DNA of 64,000 nt from Myxococcota bacterium (GTDB lineage: Bacteria > Myxococcota_A > Polyangia > Nannocystales > Nannocystaceae). The notes under the pieces are model-generated. The model worked only from the letters and a program-made list of their open reading frames with translations. It made no database searches and had not been told where the DNA came from. Shown here piece by piece: positions 51,213 through 61,722 of this stretch (position 1 is its first letter; each line of letters starts with the position of its first letter). The stretch spans positions 1 to 64,000 of the forward strand of contig JBCCWC010000014.1 in the NCBI GenBank assembly GCA_039194325.1, given 5' to 3'. Both the position numbers and the translations under genes were made by a program.

Positions 51213-51772
51213 GTCTTCTCAGGAGCCGGTCCAGTCACGAGCCGCTCACTTCGAATCGGAGCGACCCCGGATGATGATCCGGTAGGAGCCGGCGCGGGTT
51301 GCACGGGGGGCTCCTATCGATCGAGAGGGTCGGCGCCGGCGGTACTGGCGCGTGCGGGCGAGCTCGGTCGAGTCTAGAGGCTCGCGGCGAAGGGTTCCGT
51401 CGGTCTTCGAGGTCTCGTTGGAGGACGCCATCGTTCGATAGTGGAAGCAAGACTCGGGCCATGGGCTAAACGCTGGAATACCCGCGGTGGTGTAGGGGGC
51501 TTTCGCACGCGCGCGATCGAGGTGTTCGAGGGTACTGGCTCGATTCGTCATGTCGATCGGACAGCCAGACGAGTGTTTTTGACGCATCGAGGTCGTTGGC
51601 TCGTCGGCCTGGGGGTGGAGCGGTGTGCGATGGGATCCCGCTGTTGGTGGCCGACCCGCCGCGAGCTCGTGTGGCGACTGTCGTCATCGAGGGGCATGGT
51701 CTTGCCCCTTGAACAGCGGTCGCGACGAGGCTCGGCGGGCGGTTTCGGCTACCGTTCGTGGGAGTCCCGACT

Positions 51773-54433
51773 ATGCGTGGTGAGAGCAGTGACGACCGGG
51801 ATGACCACCGGAATGACGACGCGCTGCTCGAAGGTCTCGCGAACTTGCTCGCCAAGAACACCGACGGCGATCTCTATCGAGGCGGTCGGGGGGATGATTC
51901 CGATCGCGCACCGTCGCCGCGCTCCGGGCCGGCCGCTCCACTGGCCCCGACGGTGGAGGAGGCGCCCAGCGACGACGCGGCGCCGATCGATCCCGTCAGT
52001 AGCGACGACGAGCGGGTCTTGCCCCATCTGGGCTTGGTGATCGATGGCAAGCGGGAGCTCATCCGGCACATCGGCGCCGGGTCGTTTGGTTCGGTCTACG
52101 AAGCGCGCCAGCGTGATCTAGATCGGCTCGAAGCGGTGAAATTCCTGCACGAGCGGTGGATGGGCGCCGAGTATGGCGAGATCCGTGCGCGGTTCTTGGC
52201 AGAGGCTCGGGTCATGGCACGGATGCAGGGCCCTCACCTGGTCGCGGTCCACGACTGGGGGATCTTGCCGGGCGGGCTGCCCTACTTCGTGATGGAGCGG
52301 CTCGAGGGCAAGACCCTGCGGCAGCGGCTTCACCAGGACGACAAGCTTCCCCTGCCCGAGGTGTTCGAGATCGCCGTCGGGCTGCTCAAGGGGCTTTGTG
52401 AGGTCCACGCGCACCGGGTGATCCATCGCGACGTCAAGCCGGGGAACATCATCCTCACCGACGACGGGATCAAGCTGCTGGATTTTGGGCTGGCCAAGAC
52501 CTCGATGGGCATGACGAGCGACGACGTGGTGATGGGGACGCCCCTTTATATGGCGCCCGAGGTCGTCACCGGCGAGGCGCGACCGGATGCCCGCACCGAT
52601 CTCTACGCGGCCGCGGTCGTGATCTACGAGATGCTCGCTGGTGAGGCGCCATTTCGTCGATCGGGCAAGCACCGCCGGGAGCTCGAGCGCTCGATCGTCC
52701 ACGAGGCTCCGGCGCCGCTGAGCGTCCGCCGACCGGGCCTACCTGCGGAGCTCGAGGCGCTCGTGCTGGGAGCGCTGGCCAAGCGACAGACGGATCGGCC
52801 GAGCACCGCCCAGGCCATGCTCGATCGCTTGCTCCACATCCAGGCGCGCTGGCGCGAAGCGGCGGACGTCGAGACTCGGCCGATCCGAGGCAACGTCGTC
52901 GAGGGTTCGTCACCGAACGGCGATGGGGTGTTCGAGGACGTCACGGGGCCCGACGGGGACGCGCCCGAGCTCGAGCGACCGGCGACTGGTCGGCGGCGGT
53001 GGCCCGCGGTGGCCCTGGTCGTCGTGGCCCTTGTGTTGGTCGGCGTGGGTGGAGCGATGTGGCCCTTGCGATCCGAGCGTGGCGATCTGTCGGACGGAAT
53101 CCTCGTGGTGCGCTCGTACTGGGCCTCCCAAGCCGTCGAAGACGCGCACGCGAGCGCGTGCGCGGCCCTGGGTGGTGAGCGAGCGCTCCCGGCCGACGCG
53201 GTCGGTGGTCGGCCCGTCCGTTGTGTCGCGCTGTCGTGGTGGGACGCTGCATGGCCGCGCCTTCAACGGCTTGGTGATGCGCGGGGGGCTGGGGCGGTGG
53301 TGTTGGTGAGCGAACGGGCTGTTCGGATCCGGGTGTCTGATCAGGGCCCGATGAGCCCCCTGCTCGCCCAGCTGCCGTCGCTGGAGTTACCCACTGGGAC
53401 CGGGGCGATCGAGCGGGTGGCTCCGGTGCTCGAGGCGCTCTTGCGGCCCGGTGCGCCCGTGGGCGAGCTGCCGGTCCTCGACCCCGTGCGGGATGGATTT
53501 CATGCGACGGTGCTCGCCGAAGTGCTGCGTCGATACCACGGTGCTCGAGATCCCCAGACCCGCGAGCGGTTGGAGGTGCTCGCACGATGTGCGGGGGACA
53601 CGACCGACGCGGTCACGTCGTACTACTGTGATCTCGCCCAGCTGCTGCGTGCGATGGACATGCCGTGCGAGCGCGCGATCGTGCCGCTGCGCACGCTCGT
53701 TGCGGCGGCCGAGCCGAACGCCGACGTATTGGCATTGACCGCGCGGGCCGAGCTGGCGCGGTGCCTCGCGCGGGATGGTCGCGAGACCGCCCGAGATGAG
53801 GCGGAGCGTCTGGCCCTGGCCGTTCTCGCGGGTGGGCCCACTCCGTGCATTGCCGCGTCCCTGATGAGCACAGTGGCCCATATCGCCGCCAACGGGGGAG
53901 ATCGTTCGGGAGCATTGCGGCGGGGCACCACGCTCGATCTGGTCACCCTGCAGCGATGTCCTCGCCCCATGGTGGCTCGTGAGCTTGGTGAGCGTGCCTA
54001 CCTGCTGGCCACCGCCGAGCCGCCGCGGTGGTGCGCGGCCGCCCGCGATGCCGCCGACGCGCACGACCTGCTTGCTCAGGACATCGACGTGCTGGTCAAC
54101 TGGGCCGAGGCCGTGGCGATGTGCCCGAAGAGCACCACGTCGACCCGGGATGCCGTGGTGTCCGAGCTCGACCTCGCTTCAGTCGGGGCTGGTGCGCCAC
54201 GGGTTCGCGTGGCCTTCATGCGGTGGGTGCTGACGCGCGGAGCGGCCGACGCCCGCGCGGTGCTCGATGCGTACGACGACGTCTCGATGAACGAGGCTCC
54301 CCTGCCCCCGGGGCCATGGCCGAGCCTCGGGCTGTGTGAGTCCGACCGCTCGTCGTGTGCCTACGAGGTGCTGATGGCACCCAAGGGTCCGGACTCTGCG
54401 GTGCAGCTTGCCCGCGGGCTCGGCCTGGACTAG
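51773..54433 (+). CDS. Membrane Ser/Thr protein kinase with large Cys-containing extracytoplasmic domain
   Basis: IGAGSFGSVY, HRDVKPGN, DFGLAK, GTPLYMAPE, TM WPAVALVVVALVLVGVGG. Confidence 0.9.
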   Translation: MRGESSDDRDDHRNDDALLEGLANLLAKNTDGDLYRGGRGDDSDRAPSPRSGPAAPLAPTVEEAPSDDAAPIDPVSSDDERVLPHLGLVIDGKRELIRHIGAGSFGSVYEARQRDLDRLEAVKFLHERWMGAEYGEIRARFLAEARVMARMQGPHLVAVHDWGILPGGLPYFVMERLEGKTLRQRLHQDDKLPLPEVFEIAVGLLKGLCEVHAHRVIHRDVKPGNIILTDDGIKLLDFGLAKTSMGMTSDDVVMGTPLYMAPEVVTGEARPDARTDLYAAAVVIYEMLAGEAPFRRSGKHRRELERSIVHEAPAPLSVRRPGLPAELEALVLGALAKRQTDRPSTAQAMLDRLLHIQARWREAADVETRPIRGNVVEGSSPNGDGVFEDVTGPDGDAPELERPATGRRRWPAVALVVVALVLVGVGGAMWPLRSERGDLSDGILVVRSYWASQAVEDAHASACAALGGERALPADAVGGRPVRCVALSWWDAAWPRLQRLGDARGAGAVVLVSERAVRIRVSDQGPMSPLLAQLPSLELPTGTGAIERVAPVLEALLRPGAPVGELPVLDPVRDGFHATVLAEVLRRYHGARDPQTRERLEVLARCAGDTTDAVTSYYCDLAQLLRAMDMPCERAIVPLRTLVAAAEPNADVLALTARAELARCLARDGRETARDEAERLALAVLAGGPTPCIAASLMSTVAHIAANGGDRSGALRRGTTLDLVTLQRCPRPMVARELGERAYLLATAEPPRWCAAARDAADAHDLLAQDIDVLVNWAEAVAMCPKSTTSTRDAVVSELDLASVGAGAPRVRVAFMRWVLTRGAADARAVLDAYDDVSMNEAPLPPGPWPSLGLCESDRSSCAYEVLMAPKGPDSAVQLARGLGLD

Positions 54434-54492
54434 CTGCTAGCCATGTCGGGGGCTCGGCCTCGCCCCTTGGGGGGCTCGCGTGCCTCGACGAG

Positions 54493-57400
54493 TCATTGTT
54501 GGGCGTCGGGGCACACGTCCTCATCGTCCCCGAGCCCGCGTTCCCTTCGCTTCTTGGACGGTAGCGTCAGGGGCCCCCACTCTCCGGTCACGACGAACGA
54601 TCCCCAGAAGTAGGGGTGTTCACGGCCTTGGCACCGCAGGAACTCGAGCTGGGCGCGTTGCATCGCCTGGTCACGGGACTGTCCGTCTCGAAGGCTGCGA
54701 TAGAATTGCTTCATCAACCACGGGGTGGCTTCATCCGAGACATCCCACAGGCTCATGACGACGCTCTGAGCACCGGCGATGGCAATGCTCCGCTGAAGCC
54801 CGAGTACGCCTTCGCCAGCCTCGATCGCTCCGAGCCCGGAGCTGCACGCGGACAGCGTCACGAGCTGGGTTCCTCGGAGGTCCAGCCAGCTTATCTCATA
54901 GGCGGAGAGCAAGCCGTCATCGGGACCCTCCGCTGTGTCCTTCGCCCGGAGCGTCGGCTCGGCCATCTTCAGGCCCGAGAAGATCATCGGATCGAGCTGT
55001 GAGCCCATGCTCCGTCGCTGCTCGTCTTGGGAGAATCCGTGGGCCCCGATGTGGAGCATCCATGGCCTCGAGATCCCTCGAAACTTCGACTCGGTGGCTT
55101 CACGATCGTCCCATATATCGATGCCCCGGAAGATGTCTCGGAGGATCTGTGCTTCTTTGTTCGTCCCGGGAAGTCGTGCTCCCTTGGGGTTCGCGATGGC
55201 CAGGCCCGGCTCGACGGACGGCTCGAACCGGCTCCACGGGCGCAGGAGATCGCGTCCGGCGTTGAGGTAGTGCACGAGGTAGTCCTCTAGCAAGTACTTC
55301 CCGTCTTCGGTGGGGATGGTCGCGAAGGACACCCGCCTCATCTCTCCGTCGGGGGACAGGAGCAGCCGCCGCGCGCCTTCGAGATGAGGCAAGAGCGGGG
55401 CGATGAGCGCTTGATGGAGCCTTCGTCCAGACTCCGTGATGTCCGATCTCCCGATGATATCCTGGGAAAACGATCGGATCGATGCATCGATCTCCGCGGC
55501 GGGGCCGAGATCGATCCATTTGAACTGTTCATTTCGAATGACGCAGGCTGCATAGCGAGGCTCGGTCGCGGACTCGGGCTCGGGCTCGGGCTCGGACTCG
55601 GACTTGGGCTCGGGCTCGGGCTCGGACTCGGACTCGGACTCGGACTCGGCGGAGGGATCGAAGGGCACGTACCACAAGAACTCGACCAGGGCGTCGTCGG
55701 GCTGTAGCACCGATTGAACGTCCTCGATCTTCACCGGGCTCGGTGTCTGAGGCCGGATGCTGCCGAGCAGGAACGACTCGATGGCCTGCTGTTTCTTTCG
55801 GGCTTCTCGGAGCCCAAAGATGAAGCCGGGGCCCAGGCTGGACCGGCGTGTACCTCGCAAGGCGAACATGGCCACTTTCGCCCTTGCCGCCAGCGCTCGC
55901 TTGACCAGGCCCTGCGAGTCATGGGAGAAATTCTCATGCACCATGGGGTACGAGCTCGACAAGAGCCCGACCACGTTTCCCTTGCGATTGAGGGCCAGCT
56001 CAGTGGTGAATCGCTTGGTGCGATTCTTCCATAGCTCGCCGCTAAAGTGCAGCGATAGTGCTTGATGCACCGTATGTCGAGATGCCTCGACGGCCGCGAG
56101 CATTCGGCTCTCGTCCTTGGCCGTGATCAAGCTAGCGATCTGTACGTCTTGTTGGGCGACGATGAGCTCGACCGATGATTGTGCTTTGGAGAGGTCACCG
56201 TCGAGCCAGTATGCTGTGGTCAGCCCCGAGTAGACCGACATCATCTCGGGTCCGGCGTCCGGCAGCTCGGCCCCGACCGCCAGCGCCTTCTTGAAGCTCC
56301 GCTTGGCGGCCGTACGCTGCCCTCGGCGTAGCTGCGCGCGTCCGAGCCCGGCGTAGTTGCGCATGAGCGCACGGCCTCGGGCGCTCCCGAGGCCAAGGTT
56401 TATCTCGATGGCGGCCGTCCAGGCATCGATGGCGTCCGTCGATGACCCTTCGTGGAGGTGAACCTCGGCCATGATGTCGAGATCGTCGGCGATGTCGGGG
56501 TGGTCGGCGGGGAGGTCTTGGCGATCTTCGTGCATGGCTCGCTCGATGATCTCCTTGGCCTTGGCGTATCGTTTGCGCGACAGGTTGAGCCGTGCTTGCT
56601 CTCGCAGCGCGGAGGTCCGGCGGAGCTGGAGGGATACGTTGCCGGAGATGAGCGCGAGTGCCTCGGCGTAGAGCTGCTCGGCATTGTCGAGGTCACCCTG
56701 CTGGGCATGGAGCCGAGCGAGATCGAGGGTCGCGTCGAGCACCTCCCGCCCTTGTTCCGTCGCGCGCGTAAGCTCGAGGAGCTTCTCATAGAGCGCTCGG
56801 GCCTTGTGTAGCTCGCCCTTGGTCATGTAGATGTTCGCGAGGTCGTGCATTGCACGTCGTCGCTCGCCGTATCGCTTGCATCGCGGGAAGACCTTCGCGG
56901 TCGGCTTGAACCATGTGCCCGTTGCCAACGACTCGTTCCACTCGAAGAAGTCCCATGGTCGGGCCAGCTCGACGCTGGGCCTGAAGCATCCTTCGGTATG
57001 CTCGAGCCCGTCGGGGGTCGATATGTCCGGAGATAGAGCTGCTTGGTACATGGCCTCCGCGTCGTCGAGTCGACCCTCGCGGAGGTGGATGTCGCCGAGG
57101 TGGCTGTATGCGACGGCAACTCGCTCGTGCGCGTAGTCGTCCTTGGCCTGGTATTCATCAATGACTCGCTCGTAGACCGGCAGCGCCTCTGCGTACTTTC
57201 GTTGTCGCCAGTACATCCGCGCAAGATCTTCTTGGTGAACCAGTGTGTCTGGGTGGTCTTTGCATAGCTCGGCCTCGGTGATGTCCAGCGCTTCTCGATA
57301 CAGTCGCTCGGCGGCTCTCCAGTCGCCACGCAACTCGTGGAAGTAGGCCAAATTGCTAATATATGTGGTTGCATACAAGGGCTTCCCATACGAACGCACC

Positions 57401-57942
57401 AACCGCAGGGCTTCTTCGGCATAGGACCGGGCACGCTCGATGTCTCCGAGAGCACTATGGGCTTCAGCGAGGCTGCTCAACAGCAGGGGATATTCCGCCA
57501 CGCGAGGACTGTCGCGGTGCCATCGCCTCGCGCTGGGGGCCGCCGTTCTGTAGACGTCGATGGCGATCCAATGCATGCCGTGCTTGTGGTAGAGTTGTCC
57601 TAGCTGAATCATGCAATTCGTATACTCGCGTGGCTCCTTTCGGTAGAACATCTGGGTGGCCTGGCAGGCATATGTCATGTTCTCGATGGCTTTGCGTTGG
57701 TCGCCGCGTCGATCGTGGAAGTAGGCATTGTGTTGATGGGCGAGGAACTGGTATCCTTTAGGGATGAGCGGAAGTGCGGTTCCACCCGGAGCTGGCCGAT
57801 AGAGGCATGACCATGCAGGCAAGAGCAGGATCACGAGCAGCACGACGTGGATCGTAGCTCGTCGCGCTGTCGAGGCTCGATGCTCGGGGAGGGGGGCCAT
57901 GGCGAGGGGGTGTTGGTGTTGTTGGTGGTGGTGTCGTGCCAT
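54493..57942 (-). CDS. TPR-CHAT (caspase-like protease) domain protein
   Basis: Signal/TM then lipobox-like AWSC; many TPRs; CHAT dyad LHIGAHG and LSACSSG, SLWDVSD, HPYFWGSF; (EP/ES)n insert. Confidence 0.9.
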   Translation of the reverse strand: MARHHHQQHQHPLAMAPLPEHRASTARRATIHVVLLVILLLPAWSCLYRPAPGGTALPLIPKGYQFLAHQHNAYFHDRRGDQRKAIENMTYACQATQMFYRKEPREYTNCMIQLGQLYHKHGMHWIAIDVYRTAAPSARRWHRDSPRVAEYPLLLSSLAEAHSALGDIERARSYAEEALRLVRSYGKPLYATTYISNLAYFHELRGDWRAAERLYREALDITEAELCKDHPDTLVHQEDLARMYWRQRKYAEALPVYERVIDEYQAKDDYAHERVAVAYSHLGDIHLREGRLDDAEAMYQAALSPDISTPDGLEHTEGCFRPSVELARPWDFFEWNESLATGTWFKPTAKVFPRCKRYGERRRAMHDLANIYMTKGELHKARALYEKLLELTRATEQGREVLDATLDLARLHAQQGDLDNAEQLYAEALALISGNVSLQLRRTSALREQARLNLSRKRYAKAKEIIERAMHEDRQDLPADHPDIADDLDIMAEVHLHEGSSTDAIDAWTAAIEINLGLGSARGRALMRNYAGLGRAQLRRGQRTAAKRSFKKALAVGAELPDAGPEMMSVYSGLTTAYWLDGDLSKAQSSVELIVAQQDVQIASLITAKDESRMLAAVEASRHTVHQALSLHFSGELWKNRTKRFTTELALNRKGNVVGLLSSSYPMVHENFSHDSQGLVKRALAARAKVAMFALRGTRRSSLGPGFIFGLREARKKQQAIESFLLGSIRPQTPSPVKIEDVQSVLQPDDALVEFLWYVPFDPSAESESESESEPEPEPKSESEPEPEPESATEPRYAACVIRNEQFKWIDLGPAAEIDASIRSFSQDIIGRSDITESGRRLHQALIAPLLPHLEGARRLLLSPDGEMRRVSFATIPTEDGKYLLEDYLVHYLNAGRDLLRPWSRFEPSVEPGLAIANPKGARLPGTNKEAQILRDIFRGIDIWDDREATESKFRGISRPWMLHIGAHGFSQDEQRRSMGSQLDPMIFSGLKMAEPTLRAKDTAEGPDDGLLSAYEISWLDLRGTQLVTLSACSSGLGAIEAGEGVLGLQRSIAIAGAQSVVMSLWDVSDEATPWLMKQFYRSLRDGQSRDQAMQRAQLEFLRCQGREHPYFWGSFVVTGEWGPLTLPSKKRRERGLGDDEDVCPDAQQ

Positions 57943-57944
57943 GT

Positions 57945-58811
57945 CTAGAAATGACCCCGCATCGAGACATAAGGAGCGCGCGCGACCGAGGGCGCAGATG
58001 CGGTGGGCAGCGCCGACACCATGATCGACCAGCCCATTCGGTTGTACCCGCTGGCGTACCCCTTTTGCATGTAGCCGATGCTCGTAGCGAGGTCGGCGAG
58101 GATGATGCCAGAGTAGAAAATGGAGTATCCGGTCTTTAGTTTCTTTGGGTTGCTGAAGCCGTCGGGGCGGGAGAGGACTCCGAAGGCGGCTCCGGTGAAC
58201 GCCACGCTCGTAAGGAGGGCGAGCTTCGACAGCAAGAGCCCCCACCGGGCCGTCCGCGCTGCGAATACGCTCTCTTTGGCCGGTCCAAAGGACTTCTGAT
58301 AGGCTTGATACCGCCCGTATCTATACATGCCGCCGAAGAGGAACCCGTGGCCTGCGTATGCGACGGGAGCACTAACTCCCAGGACCAGGATCGGCAATAC
58401 GGCGATGTCGATCACGTTGTCGGAGCTCAACGCATAGGCGAGCATCGAAACTCGCCCCACGAACGCGGCGCTCGCGAGGACCCCGCCGACGGCCAATAAG
58501 CCCTTTCCGCTGCGCAGTTTCTTGGTCTTGCAGGGGGGGGACGCGTCGCGTTGGCGCTTGACGCCGTCGCTGGGGCCACTGGGGTCGGGCGTAATGCTCT
58601 TTGGCCCTTGTCGTTCTTGGACCAGTGGGCCCGAGCGGGCGAGAACGCCGTCATCGGCAGGGGCGGTGTCTGCCGATTCGGTGGAGGCCAGGGCGGCTCT
58701 CGAAGCCGGCTGAACAGTACAAAGACTCGCGGGAGAGTCATGTCGGGTGAAATCTGGGGCTCTTACCACTGGTGATGAGGACAGCAGCACGGCCAGGAGT
58801 GAGCGCAGCAT
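57945..58811 (-). CDS. Hypothetical membrane protein
   Basis: Signal-like N-terminus and several hydrophobic segments; stop lies 2 bp before CHAT gene start. Confidence 0.6.
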   Translation of the reverse strand: MLRSLLAVLLSSSPVVRAPDFTRHDSPASLCTVQPASRAALASTESADTAPADDGVLARSGPLVQERQGPKSITPDPSGPSDGVKRQRDASPPCKTKKLRSGKGLLAVGGVLASAAFVGRVSMLAYALSSDNVIDIAVLPILVLGVSAPVAYAGHGFLFGGMYRYGRYQAYQKSFGPAKESVFAARTARWGLLLSKLALLTSVAFTGAAFGVLSRPDGFSNPKKLKTGYSIFYSGIILADLATSIGYMQKGYASGYNRMGWSIMVSALPTASAPSVARAPYVSMRGHF

Positions 58812-58865
58812 GGTGCTCGGAGTCTTTCTGATGTAGATGCTCTTCGTCGGGAGGACGCAAGAGGA

Positions 58866-59714
58866 ATGGATGGTGCGCACAGGTGCTTGCTATGTCGAGG
58901 CGCCGATTGGCGTGGTCGTGACGGGTTGATCCGCGTACGCGATCCACGTAGGCTCGCCGAGGTGTCGTACCATCGCGTGCGCTGGCGTTGCTCGGTGGCC
59001 GCCTCGATGCTGTGCGCTGTGTGCGTTGTGGGGGCCTGTCGTGCGCTGCCGCCCACCGAGATCGTACGCGGCTGGGTCAGGGGTGAGCAGGAGCGAACGA
59101 TCAGGATCGATGCACGGGGGACCTCGCTGGGTCTGCTCCTCGCGCCAACGCAGGGGCAGGAGCAAGGGAATCCCTTGCCGGGTAGCTGTGCCTGGGATCT
59201 CATCTCGATCCTCCCGGCGCCACTGGCAACGGGAGAAGTCTTCGCCTCGGATGAGAGCGGCCGAGTCCTTCGATACGCCAATGGACGATGGACGCCAATG
59301 GGCGCCCTGGCGGAGGTGCCCCCGGTCGGGGTCTTGCTCGGGTTCGAGGCGGCTACTTCTCCACTGGTCATGCTCGTCGAGCAAAAAGAGCAGAACACCT
59401 TGTGGAGCTTGACGGTCGTAGGCGCCGAAATTACCGACGTTGCTCGGTTGCCCGCCCGCAGGCCGACGTTTGCCGATCGGCAGAGCTTCCTCGAGCAGTA
59501 CGATGTTGGTCGTTGTGTCCATGCGGATCAGGACTGTCTCTTCTTGAGCAAGAGTGTCGGTAGCCGCGAGATCTCCGTCTATCGAGAGCCATTGCCCGGC
59601 CTGGCGCGCACTCGAGTCAGAGTGTTGAACGAGTCTGTTCGGGATGTTGCCTACGTCGAAGGCTCGGAAGGACGGAGCCTCTATGTGCTGACCAATATCG
59701 AATGTAGCCAGTGA
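58866..59714 (+). CDS. Hypothetical exported protein / lipoprotein
   Basis: Hydrophobic MLCAVCVVGAC segment followed by globular sequence; true start probably downstream of 58866. Confidence 0.5.
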   Translation: MDGAHRCLLCRGADWRGRDGLIRVRDPRRLAEVSYHRVRWRCSVAASMLCAVCVVGACRALPPTEIVRGWVRGEQERTIRIDARGTSLGLLLAPTQGQEQGNPLPGSCAWDLISILPAPLATGEVFASDESGRVLRYANGRWTPMGALAEVPPVGVLLGFEAATSPLVMLVEQKEQNTLWSLTVVGAEITDVARLPARRPTFADRQSFLEQYDVGRCVHADQDCLFLSKSVGSREISVYREPLPGLARTRVRVLNESVRDVAYVEGSEGRSLYVLTNIECSQ

Positions 59715-60079
59715 GAGGTCTTCAGGGTCCGCTCGAAGATCTCGGCGAAGAGTTCATCGGCTTGTTGACGGCATCGCTGCTCGGGCGGAGCATCGAGCGC
59801 TTGGCTTTTGTTTGGCCTCATCGAGCCATGGGGCCCGAACAGATGCCGGACGGTCGGCCCGTTCGGAGGATTGCGGAATTTGCGCGCTCCCGCTTTGGGT
59901 CCCCATGGTGCAAGCAGAGTGGTGCGCATGCAGTGATCAGTAGGGGCCGTTCGTCAGAATTTTCTACCGGGCGGCCCAAGAAATTCTCGACGACCCCGAG
60001 TCGTGTGCGTGAATGCCGCAGAACGCGTGCAACAACGAGGACAGCGAGGACGGATGACGAGGGCCGGCGCACCGACGAG

Positions 60080-61267
60080 TCAGTCGCCGCCGCAGCCGCC
60101 GCAGCCAGACCCACAACTGGACCCGCAACTGGACCCGCAACTGGACCCGCAGCTAGACCCACCCGAGTCGACGCTGCTGCTAAAGCCGAGCGAGTCGAGC
60201 CAGCCTCCGCCGTCGTTGCTGCTGATGCTGCTGAGCTCGCTGCTGGTCTCACTGGTCTCGCCACCGGATGGCGCCAGCGCGTCTGGGGGAAAGCATGCCT
60301 GGTACTCGCTGCCTTCGTGAAAGGTCACGTCGGAGACCTGCTGCGGGGGCGCGAAGTCGGCCTGGGGATTGAGGGTGTCCTCGCGGCCGGCGTCGAACCC
60401 CAAGGGACCCACGTCCAGGACGCCCCGTCCTGCTTCGTCGACCAATGACACGTTGCTGATGTACCGGTTGTGGGCGTGGCTCATCTCCGACCAGACCCAT
60501 GCGTAGAAGAAGGCGTCTGCGAAGCCGTGGTAGCCCCCGAAGATCGGGTCGCCATGGGCATCCCACCCGTCGTCGTAGTCGACCTCGTTCGCGTGGCCTC
60601 GCCGCCGCTTCGGCCGAACGATCTTGCGCTGGCTCTGGGTCTCGATGTCGTCGATGTGCATGTGCTGCGACACCGCCTGCTTGACCGATTCGACGAAGGT
60701 GTCGAACGCAGCGTGGCGATCCTTGACGAAGGCGTCGTAGCTCGATTGCTCGGTGAAGATCGGGCCCAGGTGTTTGTCGAGCGCGTCGGCATCGCGGCTC
60801 GAGGACCCGAGCTCTCCGAGCACTCCGTTGACGTTGATCGTGATCGGATACTCGCCGGGGGCGTGCATGCGCAGCACGTCGATCTGGAGCAGATACTTGA
60901 AGACCGCGTCTTGGTGCTCGAGCACCAGGGTCAGGCGGTCGAACACGTCCTTGCCAAAGGCGCTGGCCTCCGAGGCGGCGAACGACTGCAGGGCCGGCTG
61001 CAAGTCGTCGGGGCGGCCTTGTTTGTCGTGGTAGAAGTCTTGGCCGTCCTTGGCTAGGCGCACGATGTTGGTGATGCCCACCGTGCGCAGGGCCGCGTTG
61101 AGCTGCTGCAAGATGCTCACCGCGGTGAAGGTCTCGACCTCCATCTTCGTCCCGGCCAGGCCGGCCGTAAGGTAGTAGAAGAAGCGGCCGAAGGCCTTGC
61201 TCGGCTTGACGCGCTCGAGCGTGGTCAGCTGGGATGGATCGATGCGGAGGTTGCTCGAGAAGTACAT
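60080..61267 (-). CDS. Hypothetical protein with C-terminal Ser/Gly/Cys tail
   Basis: ATG 61267; strong GC3 bias; ends SGGSSCGSSCGSSCGSSCGSGCGGCGGD. Confidence 0.8.
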   Translation of the reverse strand: MYFSSNLRIDPSQLTTLERVKPSKAFGRFFYYLTAGLAGTKMEVETFTAVSILQQLNAALRTVGITNIVRLAKDGQDFYHDKQGRPDDLQPALQSFAASEASAFGKDVFDRLTLVLEHQDAVFKYLLQIDVLRMHAPGEYPITINVNGVLGELGSSSRDADALDKHLGPIFTEQSSYDAFVKDRHAAFDTFVESVKQAVSQHMHIDDIETQSQRKIVRPKRRRGHANEVDYDDGWDAHGDPIFGGYHGFADAFFYAWVWSEMSHAHNRYISNVSLVDEAGRGVLDVGPLGFDAGREDTLNPQADFAPPQQVSDVTFHEGSEYQACFPPDALAPSGGETSETSSELSSISSNDGGGWLDSLGFSSSVDSGGSSCGSSCGSSCGSSCGSGCGGCGGD

Positions 61268-61271
61268 GGCG

Positions 61272-61703
61272 TTAGGGAGGTCCTTGGCAGGGGCCACAGT
61301 CGGCGGTGGCCGAAAGGGGCGAGGGGGCACCCCACCAGGCCGGGTCGGGCGTGCCGAAGCGAAGGGTATAGCGACGGATCGTCTCGCGGAAGCGAGCGCG
61401 ATTGAGCGCATCGCCGCCCCCGGGGTCGTGATGCATGAAGCGACCGAAGTACTGCGCGCACAGATCGGCGTACTCCCGGGTGCACAAGATCATCTCGTGC
61501 CACGCATCGTCGACTCGGGGGCTCGGGGTCAGTGACTGGTCCGCCTCCGCGACCAAGGACAAGAACCGGAGCACTTCGAGGACCGCGCGGGGGGCCTGGG
61601 CAGGATCGAGATCGCACGCGGCGACCAGCTTGTCGACGAGGACCGGCTTGGCCCGCAAGAGCCCAGCGGCCACCGCGGGGCGATCGAGGTCGGCGTGGCC
61701 CAC
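61272..61703 (-). CDS. Glycine-rich-domain-protein-like (GRDP/DUF1399-type) protein
   Basis: EVLRFL..LTPSPRVDDAWHEMILCTREYADLC..FGRFMHHDP..Y..FG.P..WW pattern. Confidence 0.8.
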   Translation of the reverse strand: MGHADLDRPAVAAGLLRAKPVLVDKLVAACDLDPAQAPRAVLEVLRFLSLVAEADQSLTPSPRVDDAWHEMILCTREYADLCAQYFGRFMHHDPGGGDALNRARFRETIRRYTLRFGTPDPAWWGAPSPLSATADCGPCQGPP

Positions 61704-61722
61704 CTCGTCGATGCTACCAGGG

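Noticed and set aside
51213..51770. Short ORFs between the REP-like repeats and the kinase
   Set aside because: No recognisable motifs, RBS or consistent codon bias in any frame
59711..60448. 245-aa plus-strand ORF
   Set aside because: Largely antisense to the Cys-tail gene; its repeats derive from that gene's 12-bp tandem units
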